From: Patescibacteria group bacterium
GTDB taxonomy: Bacteria > Patescibacteriota > Patescibacteriia > JAHIZJ01
Reading direction: 5' to 3'
DNA: 55,764 bases
NCBI GenBank assembly: GCA_041650335.1
Contig: JBAZLK010000003.1
Span: 1-55,764 of the forward strand
Below are positions 17,952 through 25,741 of this stretch, piece after piece. A program made the translations under genes and the position numbers. Under the pieces are notes generated by a model. The model saw only the letters and a list, made by a program, of their open reading frames with translations, had not been told where the DNA came from and did not search any database. Numbering within the stretch: the stretch's first letter is position 1; each line of letters opens with the position of its first letter.

Positions 17952-19035
17952 CGGGTGCCTTGGCGAATCGTTTCTGATCGGTCAATGCCAAATGAATAGT
18001 GTTCTTTTTCACCAGCCGCTGTTTCAAGACCGCTTCAACGATTTGATCGCGGCTCATCGGCTCGACTGACTTTTTTAATATCTCGACGATAACGTCGGCG
18101 ACGACGCCCGGCTTGTAGCCCCATTCTTTCAGGGCATAAATGCCGCGGCCGACGAGGACGTAGCGATCGTTTAATATCAATTCGTTGTGGATGGTCGGTG
18201 GGTAGGCTTTGCGATTGTCAAAATGGATTTTGTTGATCCGTTCGGCGATCTTCGTGAAATGCATCGGCTTACCTTCTTTTTTCAAGATCAAGTAAATCTT
18301 GTCGTTCATCCGGCGCGGTACGATCGTGCCCCATTCGCTTAAGCCGTAGTCGCCAAAAGGATTGCGACTGATTTTCTGGCTCATCGTGGCGTACCCGATC
18401 AGCGCCTGATCGCTTACTTCCGGCTCGTTTGACCCGGCCGGATGCTTCTGTCGGTAGGTTTGGATCAATTCTTTCTCGGTCATTGGCTCACCTTTTGCCG
18501 TGATGATGGCGACCAGGCGGTCAATGACGTGACGGACTTGCTCAAGCGAACAGGTTGGGAGATACCAGGAAGCACAAAAATAGTCATTCTCTGGCTGGGC
18601 GATGAATTGCTTCGTCAACAGCCGAGAAAGAATGAACATCACCGACTGCCGGGCGATCGGCGTATCCGTCGAAAACTCAAAAAGTTGCTCGAGAAGCCGG
18701 TCTTTTGAAATAGCCCCACCATCCCGTTCAATCACGGTTTTTATCGTTTGATCAATCGGCTCGATGAGTTCACGAAAATTCTTCAAACCGCGGATTTTTT
18801 TTACGGCCGTGCTCTCGATTTGCCGGATCCGTTCTCGGGTCAAGTTATAGAATTGGCCGATTTCCTCCAACGTCTGCTTTGTTTTGCCATTCAGCCCATA
18901 TCGGCGCCGCAAGACGTCTTCTTCTTTATTCGTGAGTAATTTCAAAAGCGCCGCCACCGCCTCGGGCGGGTTGAATTCGCGCATTTGTTCGGTCTGCTTG
19001 CTGAGAATTACTTTGTCGAGAATTGAATCTTCCAT
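17899..19035 (-). CDS. Sigma-70 region-4-like plus HARE-HTH domain DNA-binding protein
   Basis: 378 aa. EDVLRRRYGLNGKTKQTLEEIGQFYNLTRERIRQIESTAVKKIR is region 4 (the -35 binding HTH). C-terminal PMHFTKIAERINKI...YVLVGRGIYALKEWGY resembles HARE-HTH. Regions 1-3 of a full sigma factor are not evident. Confidence 0.7.
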   Translation of the reverse strand: MEDSILDKVILSKQTEQMREFNPPEAVAALLKLLTNKEEDVLRRRYGLNGKTKQTLEEIGQFYNLTRERIRQIESTAVKKIRGLKNFRELIEPIDQTIKTVIERDGGAISKDRLLEQLFEFSTDTPIARQSVMFILSRLLTKQFIAQPENDYFCASWYLPTCSLEQVRHVIDRLVAIITAKGEPMTEKELIQTYRQKHPAGSNEPEVSDQALIGYATMSQKISRNPFGDYGLSEWGTIVPRRMNDKIYLILKKEGKPMHFTKIAERINKIHFDNRKAYPPTIHNELILNDRYVLVGRGIYALKEWGYKPGVVADVIVEILKKSVEPMSRDQIVEAVLKQRLVKKNTIHLALTDQKRFAKAPDGRFRLAEKAPAQPVQS

Positions 19036-19132
19036 AAAATGTATTTTTTTCCCAAATATTGAAGCAAAAACGGCAATGAACGATATTACTATACTTCAGG
19101 CACTCTGTCAATAATTTTTCTCCTCTATCATT

Positions 19133-19161
19133 AGTATAGCATAACATTGATAAAGTGTCAA
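19133..19161 (-). promoter_or_regulatory. Sigma70-type promoter upstream of the sigma-like gene
   Basis: Minus strand: TTGACA (19161..19156), 17 nt, TATACT (19138..19133). Confidence 0.55.
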
Positions 19162-19214
19162 GCTTTTGTATTCAAATATAAAATTGCCTTCTTGGCAACC
19201 TAAATACTACCCTC

Positions 19215-20123
19215 TTATCTCGCCTGACGACGCGTTTTCAGTTTTTGCCAAACCACCAGGAGCGGGCTGGCCACAAAGATTGATGAATACGTTCCGGCGA
19301 TGATTCCAACAATCATGGCAAAGACAAACCACCGAATAGAGTCGCCGCCGAAGAAATAGAGGGCGGTAAGGACGAAGAGTGTGGTTAATGATGTGTTGAG
19401 TGAGCGAGCCAGGGTCTGATTGATCGCTTGATTGATCGTTTCCTCAAAATTATTAGCCGCGCCGTGCAACATGTTTTCCCTGATCCGGTCAAAGACAACA
19501 ATTGTGTCGTGGACCGAGAAGCCGAGAATCGTTAAGAGGGCGGTGATAAAGAGCGCACCCACCTCAACCTGATAAAAATATCCGAGAAATGCGTAGACGC
19601 CGAGAATGACAATCATGTCGTGCACCAAGGCAATCACGGCCGCCACGCCCATGACCCAACTCGGAATGATCGTTGTTTTTGAAATTTTCCGAAAAGCGAT
19701 GGTGATATAGATGATAATGCCAAGCATAACAAAAATTACGGCTTGGACGGCGCGGGACTGCAGTTCCTTGCCGATCGTCGGTCCGACTGATTCAAAGCTT
19801 TCTTCCTGAACATTGCCGTAGCTCTGATTCAGCCCGTCGAGGAGGGCGGCTCGTTTCTCATTATCGATCGTTTGGGATCGGATCGTCATCCCCTGGTCGC
19901 CCGAGGGCTGGATAGACTCGGTTGGCAAGCCGAGTTCTTTCAGTTTCGCTTGGAGGTCCTGGGTATTCGGCCGATTGGCAGGAAAGTTCAGCTGCCAGAT
20001 CGTGCCACCTGTGAAATCAATATTCGGTTTCAGGCCACCGAGGGAAAGAAAAACAATGCCCGGGACCAAAATAAGGCCTGAGAGTACGAACCACCAATAT
20101 TTTTTTTGGATAATTCGATACAT
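19215..20123 (-). CDS. secF: Protein translocase subunit SecF
   Basis: 302 aa. NIDFTGGTIW, GFSVHDTIVVFDRIRENM, 6 TM pattern. Its start abuts the secD stop. Confidence 0.9.
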   Translation of the reverse strand: MYRIIQKKYWWFVLSGLILVPGIVFLSLGGLKPNIDFTGGTIWQLNFPANRPNTQDLQAKLKELGLPTESIQPSGDQGMTIRSQTIDNEKRAALLDGLNQSYGNVQEESFESVGPTIGKELQSRAVQAVIFVMLGIIIYITIAFRKISKTTIIPSWVMGVAAVIALVHDMIVILGVYAFLGYFYQVEVGALFITALLTILGFSVHDTIVVFDRIRENMLHGAANNFEETINQAINQTLARSLNTSLTTLFVLTALYFFGGDSIRWFVFAMIVGIIAGTYSSIFVASPLLVVWQKLKTRRQAR

Positions 20124-21787
20124 TAGTGAAATATGCCAAGTAATCGTTTATGCTTCACCAGCCATTCGCCCGCCAACAGTCGTAAGAGCGTGCGCGTAAC
20201 CGTAATCGCCGTGAACATGCTGACGAGAATGCCGATCGCCAGTGTCAGAGCAAAGCCCTTGATCAAGCTGGTCCCGAACCACGTCAGAATCAAACAGGTA
20301 ATCAAGCTGGACGCATTCGAATCGCGAATCGACAGCCAGGCGCGCCGGAAGCCTTCTTCGATCGCGCTCGCTAACGGCTTTCCAAGACGGATTTCTTCTT
20401 TCAAACGCTCGAAGATCAAGACATTCGCGTCAACCGCCATGCCAATGGACAAGATAAACCCGGCGACGCCAGCCAGAGTGAGCGTAACGGGCCAAAGCTT
20501 AAAAATCGCCAAAGAAATGAGTGAGTAGATGCCGAGAGCGATAATTGCCAGTAAACCCGGGAAGCGATAATAGACGATCATGAAAAAGGCAACGAGGGCA
20601 ATTCCGATTAAGCCGGCAAACAAGCTTTTTTGAACGGATAATTTTCCCAGCGAAGCGCCGATGTTCTGTTGGTTAACCAGACTAATGGGCACCGGCAACG
20701 CGCCAGAGTTTAATCGTTGTGCCAGGGTCTTAGCCTCATCGAGCGTAAAGGTGCCGGTAATAACCGCCTCACCGGAATCGATTTCCGTCTCCACCCGCGG
20801 CGTGCTGATCGGCGAGCCGTCAAGATAAATGGCTACGATCTTGCCCACATTTCGCTTGGTAATTTCACCGAAGAGTTTCTTCCCCTCGTCGTTAAACACC
20901 AGCGTCACTTGTGGCGCACTCGTATTGGGATCGAATTGGACATCGGCCCGCTTGAGCTGTTTCCCGGTCAGCCCGGTATTCACAAACTCAGGCGTACTCG
21001 AAGCCTCGGTTGACTCTTTTGTAAACAATATGTGACTGGCTCGGTCTTCAATAGTTTTTTGATCGCCTTCGCCCGTCGTGCGCTCATCGGTTTTCTTTAT
21101 GATGTGCCAGCCGTAGGAGGTTTCGACCAGCTGCGGATAGGTTTCTCCGACCTTCATCTTATCAAAAACGACGTTTTCAAATTCAGCCACCATTGTCCCT
21201 TTGGCAAAATAGCCAAGATCGCCTCCGTCCTCGCTCGTGCTAGTATCCTGGGAATACTCTTTTGCTAGGGCCGCAAAATCTGCATTTGGCGCCAACGCCA
21301 GCTGCAAGACTTCCTCAGCCTTGTTCTTTTGTTCGGCATTCAAGGCTTCAATGGCCTTTTTTTGCTCGTCGGTCAGCGGTTCAGGCGTCTTCTCTTCGCG
21401 AAACTCGAGGAGCGGGGTTTCGCCGATCCGCTTGATCGCATCATTGATATCAAAAACGCCGGCGATCTCAACAATCACCCGCCACTTGCCACCGACTTGG
21501 CTGGTCTGAATAACCGGCTCAGACACTCCGAACGCATTGATCCGGCGCTCAATCACGTCACGGACGCCATCCACGGCGTTTTTCTGGTCGGCTTTCGGCA
21601 CCTGCGAAACATCGGCTTCATAGACAAGCCGTGACCCGCCCTGGAGATCAAGACCGAGTTGAACGTTACCACGGACCCAGTTGCCGATTTTCAAATCCGG
21701 ACTCTTCGGAAAATCAAAATAGCCGGCGGCCAAGGCCAGCAACATGATTATGCCAAACGTAATCCAGACCTTTTTCCGTGGGGTCAT
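20123..21787 (-). CDS. secD: Protein translocase subunit SecD with an inserted parvulin (PpiC)-like segment
   Basis: 554 aa. N-terminal TM, LGLDLQGG, C-terminal TM bundle with SIGMAVDANVLIFERLKEE. Residues ~145-235 read DFAALAKEYSQDTSTSEDGGDLGYFAKGTMVAEFENVVFDKMKVGETYPQLVETSYGWHIIKK, a PpiC-type rotamase signature. Confidence 0.9.
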   Translation of the reverse strand: MTPRKKVWITFGIIMLLALAAGYFDFPKSPDLKIGNWVRGNVQLGLDLQGGSRLVYEADVSQVPKADQKNAVDGVRDVIERRINAFGVSEPVIQTSQVGGKWRVIVEIAGVFDINDAIKRIGETPLLEFREEKTPEPLTDEQKKAIEALNAEQKNKAEEVLQLALAPNADFAALAKEYSQDTSTSEDGGDLGYFAKGTMVAEFENVVFDKMKVGETYPQLVETSYGWHIIKKTDERTTGEGDQKTIEDRASHILFTKESTEASSTPEFVNTGLTGKQLKRADVQFDPNTSAPQVTLVFNDEGKKLFGEITKRNVGKIVAIYLDGSPISTPRVETEIDSGEAVITGTFTLDEAKTLAQRLNSGALPVPISLVNQQNIGASLGKLSVQKSLFAGLIGIALVAFFMIVYYRFPGLLAIIALGIYSLISLAIFKLWPVTLTLAGVAGFILSIGMAVDANVLIFERLKEEIRLGKPLASAIEEGFRRAWLSIRDSNASSLITCLILTWFGTSLIKGFALTLAIGILVSMFTAITVTRTLLRLLAGEWLVKHKRLLGIFH

Positions 21788-21795
21788 ACCCTAGC

Positions 21796-21823
21796 AGTAT
21801 AGCATATGAGGAAAAAATGACAA
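21796..21823 (-). promoter_or_regulatory. Sigma70-type promoter immediately upstream of secD
   Basis: Minus strand: TTGTCA (21823..21818), 16 nt, TATACT (21801..21796). Only 8 nt separate the -10 box from the secD ATG. Confidence 0.4.
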
Positions 21824-21843
21824 AGCACCCGTTTTTGGCTAAC

Positions 21844-23286
21844 CTAATCTACTTTTCTTACAGTGCCGGCTCCGGCATTTACCTCCACCCAGTCGCCGTC
21901 CCGGAAGACCTTGGTGGCGATTCGCGTGCCGACAACGCACGGTTTATGCATTTCCCGCGCCACGATCGCCGCGTGGCAAGTGATCCCGCCCTCGTCCGTG
22001 ACAATGGCCGCCGCGCGCTTCATTACTGGCACGTATTCCGGCAGTGTCATGCCGCAGACCAGGACATCGCCGGCCTTCACCTTTTGGCGCGCTTCCGCCA
22101 CGCCATTGCACACGCGCGCCCGCGCCCGGACAATGCCTTTAGTGACGCCAACGCCCTTTATGGCCGTATCATTGTGCCTTATGGTGCCGAGCAATTGATT
22201 TCGCTTTGCCAGTGCGCGTTGGCCGCTCAAGAGCGTGAAACTCGATCGATCAACTAGCGCGAGCAGTGTTTTCTTCCGGCGCGCCAGATCGGCCCGGTCG
22301 AATTTCCGACCGCGCAACAGCCGAATGATTTCGTGGGAATAATACCATTCAAGATCGTTAACCGGCACACGTAAGCGACGGGCGGCTTCGCGCAGCCAGA
22401 GGTGAAACGCATACATGGTGCGGCATTGCATTTCTTTCCGCCGATCGTGATAATAGGCGTAACGATCAAGCACGCGAAGCCAATATTTCACCGCCGGCCG
22501 GCAATGATACCGCTGTAATATTTTCGTGCGATTTTTAGCTGCCAGAGATGGCAATATTGCCATTCGATCAAGTTTTTTCTGTGCCGGCCGGTTTCGAAGG
22601 TACTGAAGGAGTTTCTTCAGATAAATATTTTCATTGACATAATTCACCTGCTCCCAGCCAAGCCCCGTCCACCAATACCGCTCATAGAGCCTGAAAACAT
22701 CGGCAGCCGGCAGGCCTTTCCGGATCGCCCGCTCGATCGCTAGCTCTTCCTCGGCCACATAGGTCTGATGGATCGGAACGGATAATTTCTTAAACAGTGC
22801 AATGTATTGTTTTTCAGATAGACAAATCGGGATGTTTCGACGGATTTTTTCATACATAAAATTCTCGAGTACCGCGTCAACTGCGTCGATATCGATATCC
22901 AGAAAACCATGAGCCGGGCCGGTTTCCTGAAAAAGCCAGTGCTGAAATTTTATTAGTTCCGGCTGGCTCAGCCCGCGCAGATCGAGATGACGGGCCCGCT
23001 CCGCCGCCCGATTCGCCCGGTCAATGCTGTTTTGGATTGACCGAAAATGGCGTTCCTGTCCCGCCCGGGTGGAACATTTTCGGATGACGTTTTTCCCGAC
23101 CGCGAACAGCTGTGCCTCGTCCCAGGCCCAGGTTAGGTTCAGGCCATGGCTCGTGTGAAGCACTCGATCAACTCGCGTCCCGTTGTATTTCGTACCAAAC
23201 ACCCGCACGCCGCGCAAGGCAATTTCAAGCCGGTAGGGCGGTACTACGCCGCGCGTGAAGATGAACCACGTAATACTTTTTGGCAT
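21844..23286 (-). CDS. PEP-utilizing enzyme mobile (swivel phospho-His) domain protein with unassigned N-terminal region
   Basis: 480 aa. C-terminal GDVLVCGMTLPEYVPVMKRAAAIVTDEGGITCHAAIVAREMHKPCVVG is the PEP-utilizer mobile-domain motif with the phospho-His. I did not recognise a nucleotide-binding or PEP/pyruvate domain. Confidence 0.7.
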   Translation of the reverse strand: MPKSITWFIFTRGVVPPYRLEIALRGVRVFGTKYNGTRVDRVLHTSHGLNLTWAWDEAQLFAVGKNVIRKCSTRAGQERHFRSIQNSIDRANRAAERARHLDLRGLSQPELIKFQHWLFQETGPAHGFLDIDIDAVDAVLENFMYEKIRRNIPICLSEKQYIALFKKLSVPIHQTYVAEEELAIERAIRKGLPAADVFRLYERYWWTGLGWEQVNYVNENIYLKKLLQYLRNRPAQKKLDRMAILPSLAAKNRTKILQRYHCRPAVKYWLRVLDRYAYYHDRRKEMQCRTMYAFHLWLREAARRLRVPVNDLEWYYSHEIIRLLRGRKFDRADLARRKKTLLALVDRSSFTLLSGQRALAKRNQLLGTIRHNDTAIKGVGVTKGIVRARARVCNGVAEARQKVKAGDVLVCGMTLPEYVPVMKRAAAIVTDEGGITCHAAIVAREMHKPCVVGTRIATKVFRDGDWVEVNAGAGTVRKVD

Positions 23287-23337
23287 ATCACATAAATACT
23301 GCGACCCCTTTGGATCGTTGGTTATTATATACAGACA

Positions 23338-24267
23338 TCATTTTATTGCTTTCTCTACCTTCAATTCCCGCCGCGACAGGTAAAAGAAGAATCCCACCAC
23401 GATAAATGTGATTACCGGCGAGACCCATGAATAGATATGGACGCTGAAACTTTCGAGCACCATGATCAAACCGAGCAGACCGATCGAATACATGGCGCCG
23501 TTTTTTAAATAAGCGTATTTTTTTACCGTATGTATTCCGTGGACGGTTAAATACCGGACGATGAACGCGCCGATGCCGTTTCCTACTAAAATAAGGGGTA
23601 CAGAAATGGTAAAAGCAAACGCGCCAAGCACGCCGTCAACCGAAAACGAGGCGTCAATGAGCTCAAGGTAGAGAACCTTGCTGATATCGCTCAGATGGCC
23701 GTGCATAAGCTGTTTCTCTTTTTCTTCGGCGTTCCGCTTGAAGCCGCTGACGATAAAAAAGGCCGTCGAACCGACAACTGCCCCGAGAGCGATGAACGGG
23801 TTGTGGCGGATCGTGGACCAAACAATGACGAGGAGTATGACCGAGGCGATGGCGTAAAACCAGAACCCGAGCTTGTGATGGATGTGCCGTTCGATGAAGA
23901 ACGCGTATTTCTTTTCTTCAAGAAACAGCCAGTGCAGGAACAAAAAGATCAAGAATATGCCGCCGCCGGCCAGCAGGATCGGTGCCTGCTTCTCTATCGC
24001 CTCCTTCGCGCCTCCGCCCTGCGAAAAGGTCGCCACAAACGCCTGCCCGATACTCAAACCAGGCGTCGATAGATAGACGATTAAAAGCGGTAGGAGTCCG
24101 CGGATGACGAACACGGCAAAAAATATACCGTAAATCAAAAACCAGCGCCGCCAGCGCGCTGACATGGTTCCAAGTACGTCCGCATTAACGACGGCGTTAT
24201 CAACGCTGGTGATCACCTCAAACAGCGTTAAACCCAGAACGACAACGATGATACTCTCAAAACTCAT
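23338..24267 (-). CDS. TerC/DUF475-family integral membrane protein
   Basis: 309 aa, polytopic. N-terminal LTLFEVITSVDNAVVNADVL and later LELIDASFSVDGVLGAFA resemble the duplicated (S)xDN/DG motifs of this family. Confidence 0.6.
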   Translation of the reverse strand: MSFESIIVVVLGLTLFEVITSVDNAVVNADVLGTMSARWRRWFLIYGIFFAVFVIRGLLPLLIVYLSTPGLSIGQAFVATFSQGGGAKEAIEKQAPILLAGGGIFLIFLFLHWLFLEEKKYAFFIERHIHHKLGFWFYAIASVILLVIVWSTIRHNPFIALGAVVGSTAFFIVSGFKRNAEEKEKQLMHGHLSDISKVLYLELIDASFSVDGVLGAFAFTISVPLILVGNGIGAFIVRYLTVHGIHTVKKYAYLKNGAMYSIGLLGLIMVLESFSVHIYSWVSPVITFIVVGFFFYLSRRELKVEKAIK

Positions 24268-24323
24268 ACTGTATATTTTGCCTGAAATTCGTCATTTTGT
24301 AAAGCAATAATTCTTACAAGCAA

Positions 24324-24351
24324 GCAGGCGAGGATGATCATCCTCGCCTGC
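24324..24351. repeat. Perfect 28-nt palindrome (14-bp stem) at the 3' end of the giant-protein operon; terminator-like without a clean U-tract
   Basis: GCAGGCGAGGATGA|TCATCCTCGCCTGC, located 24 nt downstream of the stop at 24375. Confidence 0.6.
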
Positions 24352-24374
24352 GATTATTTGCCTAATACCTTGTT

Positions 24375-25733
24375 TTATGTCACCAGCGTCAGCCGATTCT
24401 TCTCTTTCTTCACCGGCACCCACTTGAAGCTGCCGGTCACCGAGTCGATATAGGCGACTTTCAAATATTTCCGGCCGAGGAGATTAGCCAGCTTCGTCCC
24501 GATCCGGGCTGAATCCGACTCGAGCATTTGGAGACGCTGTTTTAGTAAATATTGGAGCCAAAGGCTGTAAAACACCGGGTCAGCCGGCTGGACGTCAAAC
24601 TGGGTCAACGATTCTGGTCCGTATTTTTCTTTCAGATAATCCCGAAAAACGCCGTCGGTTTTCATGACCATGGCTAAATCCTGGGTTTTCGCCATCACAT
24701 GCAGGAACGCAATCACGCGATTTCGGTTATTGCCTCGCACCGCCTCTTCAAACTCCGGCCGGATGTTCAGCTGTTCTTGACCGACTCGTTTCAGGATACT
24801 TTTTTCCTCCTCATAGATCGCCTTTTGCTCATCCGGGTTCTGGGAGTAGATTTTCAGGAGATTCTCGACGCCGAGTTGCTTTCGGCCCGTTCCGGCGCCC
24901 GTTATCGGACCGGGTATTGCCGTCGGCGCGTTCGTTGCCTGCAGATCGATTTTATCCAACGCTTCACTGATTACGGCAATACTTTTTTGTGATCTTTCAA
25001 ACTCGTTTTTGTAATTGATCAGGGTGCCTTCCCGAATCGTGCCGATGATATCGGGCAAATCGACCGGGGCGGCTGATTCGTATCCGGCCGGCGTATCGGA
25101 CGGAATTTTCAACCGTTCAGTCAGTTCAAAAAGTACTTGGAGTTTTTCTCGAGATTTCTTTGATAAACGGCGGGTGTTATCGCTTCCAACCAGGTAATTA
25201 GCGAGGTTTACGGGAGCTACCGGATTGAGGCCGAGAACGATGGTTTCATCAAGGAGCCAGTTTTTTATTGATCCGGGCTGTTCCTTGCCGTCTTTCGTTA
25301 CCGTTTCCTCGGTTACAACTTCCGTGTTTTCACGCAAGGCTTCTATTATTTCTTTCTTCAGTTTCTCGCGATCAGGAATCAGGATAATCGTCTCGAGTTT
25401 TTGGCGCACCTTTTCCTTCACGTCATAGCCGAATATTTGATACGTCAGTAAAAATGCATTTTTAAATAGCGGCACGATGATATTCCTGTCATAGAGCGGT
25501 AAGGCAACCCAGCGGCAACGCCGAACAATCGCGACGTAGGACTGGAAGAGTGGTGGATTTTCTGTTTCCAGCTGGGGCTGTAAACGCAAGAGGCGCGTTA
25601 GTGTTTCAGCCAGACGATAGGCTAATTGAAAATCGCCAAAATTTTCAATAAATTGGAGATGGGAATTATACCGCTCCAGCGTTTTCACGTCAGACAAGTT
25701 TGGCACTGGGTTTTTTGAAATTGGCTCGACCAT
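24375..25733 (-). CDS. Hypothetical soluble protein (last gene of the giant-protein operon)
   Basis: 452 aa, no TM or signal peptide seen, no family recognised. The start is 8 nt after the upstream stop. Confidence 0.7.
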   Translation of the reverse strand: MVEPISKNPVPNLSDVKTLERYNSHLQFIENFGDFQLAYRLAETLTRLLRLQPQLETENPPLFQSYVAIVRRCRWVALPLYDRNIIVPLFKNAFLLTYQIFGYDVKEKVRQKLETIILIPDREKLKKEIIEALRENTEVVTEETVTKDGKEQPGSIKNWLLDETIVLGLNPVAPVNLANYLVGSDNTRRLSKKSREKLQVLFELTERLKIPSDTPAGYESAAPVDLPDIIGTIREGTLINYKNEFERSQKSIAVISEALDKIDLQATNAPTAIPGPITGAGTGRKQLGVENLLKIYSQNPDEQKAIYEEEKSILKRVGQEQLNIRPEFEEAVRGNNRNRVIAFLHVMAKTQDLAMVMKTDGVFRDYLKEKYGPESLTQFDVQPADPVFYSLWLQYLLKQRLQMLESDSARIGTKLANLLGRKYLKVAYIDSVTGSFKWVPVKKEKNRLTLVT

Positions 25734-25741
25734 AAATTTGT

